Part shown: piece after piece, positions 1-8,734 of the stretch | Numbering within the stretch: the first letter of the stretch is position 1 | Layout of the letters: every line of letters begins with the position of its first letter | IMG/VR virus record: IMGVR_UViG_3300032050_000030 | Source of the DNA: a virus | Lineage: Duplodnaviria; Heunggongvirae; Uroviricota; Caudoviricetes | Reading direction: 5' to 3' (one strand) | Length of the DNA: 64,000 bases | Position numbers and translations under genes: made by a program | Notes under the pieces: generated by a model | Database searches by the model: none | What the model saw: only the letters and a program-made list of their open reading frames with translations | What the model was told of the DNA's origin: nothing

Positions 1-87
1 TTCCTACCATCTTTCATGTACGCATTTATGAACCCATTGTCTCTCAATCGATCTCTGTCAATCTTGAGCGTGGGCACCATAAATATA

Positions 88-1158
88 CTAGTTATTGTTT
101 TCTTTAGCTCCATCTTGTATTTTTAATCTCACTACACCATTTTGTTTATGATTCTCTCTGCTAATGTTCCAAACATTATTCTCTAGGGCCCATTTAAGGT
201 CTTCTATGAGATATTTGACGCCTGTATATTCCCTGTTTTTGTGATGGAAACCGCTGTAAGCTTCTTCTATATTACCATAATCCAGAGTGTAAATCAATGG
301 ATTATAATAATTAGTGCTGTCACATACAATGAATCTAGGAGGAAGTACATCATATCCTGTCAACTCTCCATCTCTAAGTGTGTGTGCTGCTCTGTAATAC
401 AGATAGGCTTGAATGTAGGCCCTCCTATAAAGATAGTATTCTTCCAGGAAGTTTTCTACACTCCAGGTACACTTCAGATCATAAACTTGGATGGTTTTCT
501 TCTGATGGTCTACAATCACCTTGTCCATCATACTCTTGAACATCAATCCATCTACCTCATAGTTCTCTATCTGGAGCTGATTGTGCACTGTATACCTAGC
601 ACTACTTACAAGATTTACCACCTCAGCAGTGACATTGTTTGTCCTGAGCTCTTCTACAATCTTCTCAGCATTGGTAACATCTTCTGTTGTCACCACTGTG
701 AGTCCTTTCTCTTTTACTGTACGCATCTCGTTATAGAAGATTTCAGCATCGCTTCCTACAAACTTATTGATTACAGCGTCAAACTTAATCTTGAATCCTG
801 ATTCAGCATATGCATCCTTTGCAATTTCCTCAAAGGACCTAGTAATATTCCCTTGCTCATCTGTAGCTTCCTTGGTGAATTTATACAATGCTTCTACAAA
901 TGCAAGCATTAGACCAGTGGGAGCAGACAGACAAACAGACATATAGAACCTATTGTCAAACTCATTTGGTTCCAATAGCATAGTTTCTACGATTCTACCT
1001 GTGGTTGCAGCCACTGTATCCTTGTCATCTACAGACTCTCCAAGGATATATTTCCTATAATACTTCTTTCTGTCCGTAGAGAACTCCTTCAAACTTGAGG
1101 AGCTGTCTAGGTTAATTGCTCTGTAATTTGCTTCTGTTTTAGTTTGTCCTTGTATCAT
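88..1158 (-). CDS. PD-(D/E)XK family nuclease (phage recombination-type exonuclease candidate)
   Basis: 356 aa; C-terminal half carries a D...(D/E)xK-like block (MDKVIVDH ... QVYDLKCTW) typical of the PD-(D/E)XK fold; located in the replication/recombination module. Confidence 0.4.
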   Translation of the reverse strand: MIQGQTKTEANYRAINLDSSSSLKEFSTDRKKYYRKYILGESVDDKDTVAATTGRIVETMLLEPNEFDNRFYMSVCLSAPTGLMLAFVEALYKFTKEATDEQGNITRSFEEIAKDAYAESGFKIKFDAVINKFVGSDAEIFYNEMRTVKEKGLTVVTTEDVTNAEKIVEELRTNNVTAEVVNLVSSARYTVHNQLQIENYEVDGLMFKSMMDKVIVDHQKKTIQVYDLKCTWSVENFLEEYYLYRRAYIQAYLYYRAAHTLRDGELTGYDVLPPRFIVCDSTNYYNPLIYTLDYGNIEEAYSGFHHKNREYTGVKYLIEDLKWALENNVWNISRENHKQNGVVRLKIQDGAKENNN

Positions 1159-1160
1159 AT

Positions 1161-1517
1161 TTAATGTTTAGATCTACCTCTACGGTATTTTAATAAATCA
1201 TCATGAGAACTAGATTCCTTTTGTTTAAATGCATCAATAATATAGGGTTGCATAGCCCTAATTTCTCTAGGCACTCTCTGAAAGAACCATCTAACATCCA
1301 ATTCATATTCATTACCATGAGGATCTACTCCTTTTGGATGAATAAGCCAGAATTGGTGTGTTTCTCCATTATACTCTACAGATCCTTCATACCAGATTTC
1401 TGTAAATGAAGGCTCTTTGTTAATGGAGATTTGTACATGTTCATTTTCCATTTTTCTCTGATTTTGTTTTAGCATCATGACATTTCTCGCAAAGCACTTG
1501 TAGATTATCCACTTCAC
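1161..1517 (-). CDS. hypothetical protein (start uncertain; overlaps HNH gene 3' end)
   Basis: 118 aa ORF; several internal Met (MMLKQ, MENEH) could be the true start; 4-nt spacing to downstream gene. Confidence 0.35.
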   Translation of the reverse strand: MKWIIYKCFARNVMMLKQNQRKMENEHVQISINKEPSFTEIWYEGSVEYNGETHQFWLIHPKGVDPHGNEYELDVRWFFQRVPREIRAMQPYIIDAFKQKESSSHDDLLKYRRGRSKH

Positions 1518-1830
1518 AGAACAGTCTTTCTACAAATCCTGGTAGGTCTTGTGCAGAATTAAGACTTCCTGCTGGGCAAATATGATCCACATTAATCTTC
1601 TTCTCTGGAAACCATTTGTTACAATGTGCGCACTCGTATTCAAATTTCTGCCTCTTATTAGGACCTTTATATGGTCTACGGGCACTCATCTTTGCTTGCA
1701 GTATTGGTTTCCACCATCTAGATTTCTGTCTCAGGGCACTCCTGATAAAACTCCAGAATGCAGATTCTGTCATTGTACCTGCATTGCGAGTTTTAGCCAC
1801 TCTAGGCTTAGTTGTTCGTTTCTTCCTCAT
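1441..1830 (-). CDS. HNH endonuclease (free-standing homing-endonuclease-like)
   Basis: CAHCNKWF...VDHICP...NLQVLCEKCHDAK = CxxC..H..N..CxxCH HNH motif; track start 1890 lies inside a perfect 12-bp stem hairpin, so the start is more likely Met21 (1830). Confidence 0.7.
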   Translation of the reverse strand: MRKKRTTKPRVAKTRNAGTMTESAFWSFIRSALRQKSRWWKPILQAKMSARRPYKGPNKRQKFEYECAHCNKWFPEKKINVDHICPAGSLNSAQDLPGFVERLFCEVDNLQVLCEKCHDAKTKSEKNGK

Positions 1831-1848
1831 AATCAATGATTTATAAAA

Positions 1849-1888
1849 GGGGAATGTCACTAAATTACGAATAATTGTGACATTCCCC
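1849..1888 (-). terminator. intrinsic terminator-like hairpin (12-bp perfect stem ggggaatgtcac / gtgacattcccc, 16-nt loop)
   Basis: Perfect inverted repeat directly after stop of the 504-aa gene (1896); T-rich tract follows on the minus strand (plus-strand ttataaaa). Confidence 0.55.
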
Positions 1889-1895
1889 AAATATA

Positions 1896-3410
1896 TTAAT
1901 CTAGATTCACCACCCTCTTAGAAATGCTACTCTTCATTTCTTCCAGAGATTCAACAATATTATCAATGTTGATGTGGGTCATGGCTGGAATATTGAACTG
2001 ATGCTTAGATGCTTCTACAACAAATCCCACCTTGGCTTTAATTGCCAAATCTTCCAATTCACGAATTGCATAATCCTCATCTAGTGCAAGAGTGTCAAAA
2101 TCCAAATCATGCAGGATTTCTGTGGCTTCTTCACGAGCTACAGTCATGATTGGCAGATATTCATAGCACCTACCCTTAGAATAACCAATGCCCACCACCT
2201 TCATAGGATTGATGAGAACAAGAACAGACTGGTCACCACAGCCTACATAATGGATTTCATCAGCTGTGAAATGCAAACCTGCATGTCCACAATCTGCTGT
2301 ATTCCAATTACATTCCTCAGGAGGCATGTTAACCACCTTACCTACACGAATGTCAAATGTACGTGTGTGAGCATCTGTGAACCTATTCTCTGCTCTATTA
2401 GGCAAATCAAGATAGAGCTCTGTCAGATTACCAATGTGTTCTCCTAGATCATCTCTTTCATCAGTGATGTCATATTCTCCCTCACCATTACACACCTCAC
2501 ATACTTCTTCACTCTCATCACAATATTCACAGGTTTCGGTTTTAGTTACATTGATATCATCTGCGTGAACCATTTTATATTCACCGTCTTTCAGATACAC
2601 TTCATACTTATCTGGAGATTTCTTCCATACAGCCTTCACCTTATTGTAAGCATTGCTGATGAATTGTACTAGTTCTGTAGATCCATGGAGTGTTACAACA
2701 TTCCTAAGAGCAACAAAGAAGCCCTGTTTTGTAATCCTGAAGCTATTTTTAGTCAGGAAATCATACAAATCATTAGCAACCTCTGCTCTAGGATTCAAGC
2801 AACACCACATAAAGAACCTCTTAAGAGCTTGATATTCTTCATCTTCTACCACTGCATCAACCAACGGTTGGTCATCTCTATATGCATCAATTTCTGTCAC
2901 CACCTCAATAAACTTCTCAACCAGAAGCTGAGGCATAGTTCTACCTGTACCAGCTAGCTTTACAAAACTACCCTCTATTTCAAAATCAGGGAGTCCTCTA
3001 AGGACATCAATTCCTCTTTTGATAGCATTCATACGGGCTATTTCTGCTTCAACTTTTCTTCTGTCATTAACCACCTCTGGCGCACCTATAAGATTGACTA
3101 TTTCTGATTCTGTCCTTGCTACACGAACATCATTAAAATCATCGTTTGTAGCACCAGGTTTACTAACAATAGATCCATCATTAAGAACTACAGTGAGCAC
3201 ATCATTTACCAGTTTTACACTCTTGTAAGGCTTATCTGGAACTACAGAACCATCAAACTTGATAGTGATGTTATCTGGAATCTTAGTTCCTTCGTTCGCA
3301 TAGAGTTGTTTACGCAAAAGCTCATTCTTGATTCTCTGTTCTTCAACTTGCAATTCTTCCAATTCTTCTTTCTTTCTGGATTTAAACCAATTTAGGCTGA
3401 AAATTCCCAT
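1896..3410 (-). CDS. hypothetical protein with DnaJ-type CxxCxGxG zinc-finger motif
   Basis: 504 aa; CEYCDESEEVCEVCNGEGEYD contains a CxxCxGxG unit; further Cys/His cluster (CNWNTADCGHAGLHF...GCGD); no recognisable enzymatic motif. Confidence 0.5.
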   Translation of the reverse strand: MGIFSLNWFKSRKKEELEELQVEEQRIKNELLRKQLYANEGTKIPDNITIKFDGSVVPDKPYKSVKLVNDVLTVVLNDGSIVSKPGATNDDFNDVRVARTESEIVNLIGAPEVVNDRRKVEAEIARMNAIKRGIDVLRGLPDFEIEGSFVKLAGTGRTMPQLLVEKFIEVVTEIDAYRDDQPLVDAVVEDEEYQALKRFFMWCCLNPRAEVANDLYDFLTKNSFRITKQGFFVALRNVVTLHGSTELVQFISNAYNKVKAVWKKSPDKYEVYLKDGEYKMVHADDINVTKTETCEYCDESEEVCEVCNGEGEYDITDERDDLGEHIGNLTELYLDLPNRAENRFTDAHTRTFDIRVGKVVNMPPEECNWNTADCGHAGLHFTADEIHYVGCGDQSVLVLINPMKVVGIGYSKGRCYEYLPIMTVAREEATEILHDLDFDTLALDEDYAIRELEDLAIKAKVGFVVEASKHQFNIPAMTHINIDNIVESLEEMKSSISKRVVNLD

Positions 3411-3435
3411 AGTTTTTGTTTTAAAATTTTAAAAA

Positions 3436-3456
3436 TGGGCTCCCATTACAGGAGCC
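3436..3456 (-). terminator. hairpin gggctcc-cattaca-ggagccc flanked by A/T runs
   Basis: 7-bp GC stem with 7-nt loop between GHKL gene stop (3464) and next gene start (3410); T-rich tract follows on the minus strand. Confidence 0.5.
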
Positions 3457-3463
3457 CTTGTAA

Positions 3464-5755
3464 TTAAGCTGTGATTTCTTCTACGTTTTCAATAGGAGCT
3501 AAATTGTCTTCATTTAGCTTTATGTTATAATTTTTCCAATCTATGCGCTGTTTGTAATATTTAAACAAATCTTTAGTGGCATCTAGCATTTTGTCTCTGC
3601 CATAACTCATACTGCTAAACATGGTTTCTAGAAATGGAAGTTTGTCAAAGACAGCTTTCAGGCTTTTGAATGTAGAATAAATAGGCTCATCAAACAGCTC
3701 TTTACTTACAGCCACATCAACCATTGCTTCATATAAACTTTCCCCTGCATGATGATAGTTCTTAGATTTATACTGTTGAACCTCATACATCTTTTCATAT
3801 AAATCCACAGAGATGTTCTTCATGTTTTCTATTCTATAGAACACATGATGATATTCTTCTATAAATTTACTTATTACAGCTGCAGTTACCATTCTGCGAA
3901 AAGCCTTATGTTCTCCTTTTACAAATTCTTCCATCTTAATCCAGTTATGTAGTTGAATGTCCTTTAGATTGTTAAGTTCTCTTTCTGAGAACACCATAAA
4001 TCTCACCTTATTACCAAGTGGTTTGAACAGGGCATCCATTTTATTCATGTCCTCCTGTTTACCATAAACCATCAGATGGGGGAGTTTATGTGCATCTGCC
4101 ATTTGTATCACCGTAGGTACCCACTTACAGTTTTTGCCATCCACCCATCTTTCGAGATTGTTGGCCATTTTACCTGTAACTTCTCCCTGTAGTTTAATAC
4201 GCCTAGCTTTAGGACCACCTTTACCGTTGTTTGTCACCTTAACAGAGTTACTCTTCTTAGTCTGGATGAATGCATCAGGAATCACCACATCATCAAGATT
4301 GATGAGTCTGGAAGTGATCATTTCCATGAACTTCTGAAAGTCTTGTATTTTCTTTCTCCACTCACTTTTTGGATGATTCTTCAGTTTAAGAAGGTTATAA
4401 TAGTTGTCATAAGCACCACTACTTCCTTTTCTGAATAAAGGAATAAACTTTTCCTTTTTGACAAAATATACGCTCTTTCCATTATATAAACTGCGCATAT
4501 AGTCTTTCATAAGAGTGCTAATCTTATCAGAATAGCAGTAGATTGGATCATCAGAATTAATTCTGTGGATGTTCAGGTCATTCCATCTTGTACCATAGTT
4601 GTTAAACCTCTTATTGTACAAATGAAACTTAATCTTCCACTCCTGGAAAATATATTCCTTGAGAGACCACAGTTCACGCAGATTGAGGTTTTCCAAGTCC
4701 TTAATCTTTGGATCGATAAACTTAACAGTGGCGTATTTCTCCAGAGATTTAACATTGGTTTTCTCCCTAAATATCTGAATATACCTTTCAGAATTACCAT
4801 AATGATTGAAAATGGCCAAAGCATCTTCACCGTTTGTAACTGATTCATTGTATTTCTCAATAAAATAGTTAGCAGCCAGCTTTAGCTTTTCCATAATCAC
4901 TTGCTTAGCCTCTTCTGTATAACGCAGAGCTTCCCTGTTTGGTGTAGGAAACAACCCATCTGTCAAACTAAACCTGAGAGCTACTGGCAGATAAATGGTG
5001 TCAATTCCCAGTTTGTTGAAATCAAGGGGATAGTAGACATTATCCAAACAGATATGCATGTGGCTGTTTTCACAGAGGGGTGACCATTGGAAGTGGTCAT
5101 GTCTAATGATGTTAAAATCACTAAATATGTCTGCACTTGGAACATCAAAGTACACGCTCTCAAAATAGGCCAACTGTTCCTTTATTTTGCTGACAAAATT
5201 GTATTTATCACGCCAGGAAACAGGAATAATCACCTTTACACCATTGCGTTCTGTTGTAGGAGCTTCATAGAGAAGATCAATAGTGTTTGTGTCTTCTCCT
5301 TCATACATCATATACTTGCGCTCCATTCCATCTTTACGAGCAACAAAATAGAAACTGGATGAATAAGCAAGAGGAGCTTTGAAGCCCAAACCCATCATAC
5401 CCAGCTCATTAGCTGAATTACGCTTTGTGCTCTTACCATATTTACTGATGATGTTTCTAACATCGTCTGCATCCAAACCAATACCAAAATCTTCTACACA
5501 GAACTCATAATTGTCCTGCTTATTTGGTTTGAAACTAACAATGATTGGATCTGTGGTCCCAGCTCTTCTGTGACTATCCAGTGCATTAGATGCACACTCA
5601 CGGATAGTGGAGCCTATAGCATCTGAATACAGATTCTTACTTAACATCTGCATCAATATCTGAGCAGAATCTAAGTCAAGGGACATTCCAATTGAGTCTT
5701 GTGATGATTCTCCTTCCTGGAGAATGTTTGCTTCTTTTTGTTTTTCGAGTATCAT
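3464..5755 (-). CDS. GHKL (Bergerat-fold) ATPase, Hsp90/HtpG-like N-terminal domain
   Basis: 763 aa; N box IRECASNALDS (ExxxNxxD), G1 box VEDFGIGLD (DxGxG), G2 box LGMMGLGFKAPLAYSSSFYFV resembling Hsp90 GQFGVGFYSAFLV. Confidence 0.55.
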   Translation of the reverse strand: MILEKQKEANILQEGESSQDSIGMSLDLDSAQILMQMLSKNLYSDAIGSTIRECASNALDSHRRAGTTDPIIVSFKPNKQDNYEFCVEDFGIGLDADDVRNIISKYGKSTKRNSANELGMMGLGFKAPLAYSSSFYFVARKDGMERKYMMYEGEDTNTIDLLYEAPTTERNGVKVIIPVSWRDKYNFVSKIKEQLAYFESVYFDVPSADIFSDFNIIRHDHFQWSPLCENSHMHICLDNVYYPLDFNKLGIDTIYLPVALRFSLTDGLFPTPNREALRYTEEAKQVIMEKLKLAANYFIEKYNESVTNGEDALAIFNHYGNSERYIQIFREKTNVKSLEKYATVKFIDPKIKDLENLNLRELWSLKEYIFQEWKIKFHLYNKRFNNYGTRWNDLNIHRINSDDPIYCYSDKISTLMKDYMRSLYNGKSVYFVKKEKFIPLFRKGSSGAYDNYYNLLKLKNHPKSEWRKKIQDFQKFMEMITSRLINLDDVVIPDAFIQTKKSNSVKVTNNGKGGPKARRIKLQGEVTGKMANNLERWVDGKNCKWVPTVIQMADAHKLPHLMVYGKQEDMNKMDALFKPLGNKVRFMVFSERELNNLKDIQLHNWIKMEEFVKGEHKAFRRMVTAAVISKFIEEYHHVFYRIENMKNISVDLYEKMYEVQQYKSKNYHHAGESLYEAMVDVAVSKELFDEPIYSTFKSLKAVFDKLPFLETMFSSMSYGRDKMLDATKDLFKYYKQRIDWKNYNIKLNEDNLAPIENVEEITA

Positions 5756-5760
5756 GTTTT

Positions 5761-6084
5761 CTAGTTTTTAATCATTCCTCTGTTAATCAATATGTGTTTT
5801 GCTTTTTCATATGTTTCTTTTTCTTCTATATCAGAAAACACAGGCTCTTGTATTTTTGCCACTCTGAACCTATGTGTTTGCTGAACATATGATTTCCATA
5901 TTTTTATAGGTTTTCTAGGGTCTTTATTTTGACATTCGTCATTATAAACGACAGCTCTGGGTGTAATAAACTGGACAGTGTTTCTTCCATATCCTACAAA
6001 CCATCCAAAATTTAGAAAACTACCAGATTCAGCTACAAGAATAGGGTCTCCTATTTCTAATTTGTCTACGTAAGTGAATTGCAT
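5761..6084 (-). CDS. hypothetical protein
   Basis: 107 aa ORF tightly packed (5-nt gap) in the operon. Confidence 0.4.
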   Translation of the reverse strand: MQFTYVDKLEIGDPILVAESGSFLNFGWFVGYGRNTVQFITPRAVVYNDECQNKDPRKPIKIWKSYVQQTHRFRVAKIQEPVFSDIEEKETYEKAKHILINRGMIKN

Positions 6085-6093
6085 AATAATTGT

Positions 6094-6810
6094 TTAAAAT
6101 GGCACATCATAGAGCCACATGATTTCTTGATTATTGTTGTCTTTGATTATCTTATTAACCTTACCAAACACGCCTTCTGTATCCCAATCTGTATTCTTAT
6201 AACTAGCTGATGCTGGATGTGTAACAGCAAATGTCCATGTGAATGGATTTACATATTTCTTATACCTAGCAGCATCCTTACCCAAGAATATAACTGGTAC
6301 ACCTGTAGTGTCTAGCACTTCTTCTAACAGATATTTGGTGAATGGTTCCCAAATATCAATATGTGAGCCTGCTTTATTTGCTTCTGTTGTAAGAGCAGCG
6401 TTTACCATCAATACACCCTGTTTTGCCAGATAACTGACATCTGGAGTTTTCTCATATTTGAGATTGAGCCCATTGTGGAGCTCTGTCTCAATACCTTGAT
6501 AAAACTTCTCCAGAGAAGGTTGTAATCTACCTGTAGATGTACAGCCCATCAATAAACCGTCTGCTACAGGCTGTCCGTTATAAAATGTGTGATAGGGACA
6601 CATACCCATCAATACCACCTTTAAATCATCAAAAGAGGTTTCCTTGAAACATCTATATGTAACAGAAGAAGAGGGGGCTATCTTCTTCCCCCTCTTACTT
6701 TCTGCTTTGAGAAATTTATAGATGTTATCACATTCCTCGCTCTCAATGAAAGGTTTCATCTTTGCATGCCAGCTCTCGTGAAACTGATCTTTAAAGTTCT
6801 CCCAAATCAT
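6094..6810 (-). CDS. uracil-DNA glycosylase family-1-like protein with non-canonical active-site motif (GMCPYH instead of GQDPYH)
   Basis: 238 aa; collinear with E. coli Ung motifs: KVVLMGMCPYH vs KVVILGQDPYH, GVLMVNAALTT vs GVLLLNTVLTV, THPASAS vs PHPSPLS. Confidence 0.7.
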   Translation of the reverse strand: MIWENFKDQFHESWHAKMKPFIESEECDNIYKFLKAESKRGKKIAPSSSVTYRCFKETSFDDLKVVLMGMCPYHTFYNGQPVADGLLMGCTSTGRLQPSLEKFYQGIETELHNGLNLKYEKTPDVSYLAKQGVLMVNAALTTEANKAGSHIDIWEPFTKYLLEEVLDTTGVPVIFLGKDAARYKKYVNPFTWTFAVTHPASASYKNTDWDTEGVFGKVNKIIKDNNNQEIMWLYDVPF

Positions 6811-6811
6811 A

Positions 6812-7651
6812 TTAAAATTCCATTGATAGTTGTCTAAATGCTTCTATTTCTTCTGCTGTATCTCCTCCAGCTGCCATAATTCGCATAGTTCGAAACATAG
6901 AAGAATCTTCAATCACCTCTGCTTCCACTGTAGGAACAAACAATCCAGCTTCATTCACAAAGAAATTGTGAGCTTTCATGTGATCACTAATCCAGAATCT
7001 AGGATGAGTTTCCCTCATGGTTTGTGTAGTGAACTGATAAAGTTCCCACAAGCTACCTGGAGCTCCGTAATCATATGTTGGATCAGTGAGTTCTTTAGCA
7101 ATTTGATTCACCTGCATAGAGCTAATTAGGCTTTCCTCAAGCATCAATCTACCCACCAATTCAGCCTGAGCACGTTTGTTGAGCCCAATTTGTTTCATTG
7201 ACTCACGCTCTGTTTGCATTTTCTGGAATGTGTCACCAGCTTGCTTGATATATTCTGTAATGGCAGTTGGTGTAAATTCTTGCACCTCACCCATATGTTT
7301 CCTCTTGAATGAGCCCATGTCACCATGTACAGCACCATTCTGACAAATGAATATACGTGCACCAATGGCAAACTTCAAGCTCAATGTTTTATTGTAGCTA
7401 TTCTGCCAGCCAATCTGTAGCTGCATTTCTTTATCTGCTACATTGCTAATTGTGAAATTACCATTTGCTACCAATCCCTCAGGAGAAGCTGAATAGAGTT
7501 CTTTGTCCAATGTAAATCCTGCTCCATGTATAGACTCAAGGGTGAGATCTATAAGTTGCTGATGGCTAATTGGTTTGTATGTACGAGTTTCTGCTGGAAT
7601 CTCAGCATTCAACAACACTTGTTTGGTTGTTGTGTAAGTTGCTACCTTCAT
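6812..7651 (-). CDS. hypothetical protein
   Basis: 279 aa ORF, 1-nt gap to the UDG-like gene; no motif recognised. Confidence 0.4.
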   Translation of the reverse strand: MKVATYTTTKQVLLNAEIPAETRTYKPISHQQLIDLTLESIHGAGFTLDKELYSASPEGLVANGNFTISNVADKEMQLQIGWQNSYNKTLSLKFAIGARIFICQNGAVHGDMGSFKRKHMGEVQEFTPTAITEYIKQAGDTFQKMQTERESMKQIGLNKRAQAELVGRLMLEESLISSMQVNQIAKELTDPTYDYGAPGSLWELYQFTTQTMRETHPRFWISDHMKAHNFFVNEAGLFVPTVEAEVIEDSSMFRTMRIMAAGGDTAEEIEAFRQLSMEF

Positions 7652-7661
7652 AAATTTGGTT

Positions 7662-8666
7662 TTAATTTTCTATTATACCTTTCTGTTTCAAATAAGACTC
7701 AATTGTCTCTAGTCCGTGGGCTTTCGCTAAATCAGCCCAATCCTTAATTCCTTCCTTCAGATACTTACGTGGGACGTTAGCATATTCAAAATCAAACAGT
7801 TTTGTAATCTGTTGACTATTCTGAACGCCTGTAACATCTGAATCAAAACTCAGGATTTGTATGTCAGAATTATCTTTTAGATATTGTACATTTTCTTGTG
7901 AAAAACATCCAATACCCTCATTTTGTACAGCACAACTGCATGGGAATATCTTTTTCATCACCATGTAGTCTTTCTTACTCTTGTTAATGAATGCCATTCT
8001 GCAATGCTGTATGTCTTCTTTACCATCCATTGCTGTAATAGGTACATTGTTTGGAACCCATTTGCTCTTCTTATCTGCAAACGGTCTGTAGATTTTCCAA
8101 TGTCCATCATACAGGTAACCAAACACAAGCTCGTCATCATTTATATAGAATAGATTCTTGTTTAGGTACACCTTCTTTACAGCATAAACATTATTGGCTC
8201 TTAGATCATCTGAGCTTTGGTGATAACCATTCCAATATTCAAGTTCTCTATTTGTGAACTTTCTTGTTACCACCTGAATCAGGGAGTTGCGTTTGGTTAT
8301 TTCAGGCTGCTTATAGGTAGATGTTATCTTCTTGTATTCCTCTGTAGGTTTACCAGAAGCTAGTCCCAAACCAAAATCCCTATCAATGAGCTTCAGCGCA
8401 TCATAATGTGGTATATTGAATAGGTCTTCAACGAATTGAAAACAATCACCACGCTTATTTGTATCAGCAAAGTCTATATAACTTATATATCCTTTGCGAT
8501 TACCAATAACAAAAGATGGATTTCTTTCCTGTCTAAATGGAGATAATGTAACCTGATTCAGCTTCCACGATCTGTCTGGCATATAAAACCTAAAGATGTC
8601 ATAATCACTGATTTTATCCAGGATGGACTCTTTAGTTAGCTGTACTTTCTTTGCACCCTTTATCAT
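7662..8666 (-). CDS. DnaG-type primase-like protein (Toprim domain; degenerate zinc-ribbon)
   Basis: SPFRQERNPSFVIG aligns to DnaG zinc-ribbon CPFHxEKTPSFxV but lacks the Cys/His ligands; C-terminal ILSFDSDVTG is a Toprim DxD motif. Track start 8729 is a TTG inside a terminator hairpin, so Met22 (8666) is the more likely start. Confidence 0.45.
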   Translation of the reverse strand: MIKGAKKVQLTKESILDKISDYDIFRFYMPDRSWKLNQVTLSPFRQERNPSFVIGNRKGYISYIDFADTNKRGDCFQFVEDLFNIPHYDALKLIDRDFGLGLASGKPTEEYKKITSTYKQPEITKRNSLIQVVTRKFTNRELEYWNGYHQSSDDLRANNVYAVKKVYLNKNLFYINDDELVFGYLYDGHWKIYRPFADKKSKWVPNNVPITAMDGKEDIQHCRMAFINKSKKDYMVMKKIFPCSCAVQNEGIGCFSQENVQYLKDNSDIQILSFDSDVTGVQNSQQITKLFDFEYANVPRKYLKEGIKDWADLAKAHGLETIESYLKQKGIIEN

Positions 8667-8681
8667 AGTTACAAATATAAA

Positions 8682-8711
8682 ACACCCCAACCATTTCTGG
8701 AAGGGGTGTCT
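8682..8711 (-). terminator. bidirectional intrinsic terminator (acacccc-loop-ggggtgt, T runs on both sides)
   Basis: 7-bp GC stem with 14-nt loop, followed by ctattttttc on plus and ttttatatttg on minus; sits between gene ending 8735 and the primase-like gene. Confidence 0.55.
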
Positions 8712-8734
8712 ATTTTTTCTACTAATCAAATTGA

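Noticed and set aside
241-801. Plus-strand ORFs inside the minus-strand module (for example 241..801, 8873..9538, 23749..24174)
   Set aside because: They lie entirely antisense to longer ORFs with recognisable motifs (nuclease, UDG, polymerase etc.). They are typical shadow ORFs of AT-rich coding DNA.
1507-1515. DnaA-box-like TTATCCACT
   Set aside because: It is a single 8/9 match inside the HNH coding sequence. That is expected by chance in 64 kb and is not clustered.
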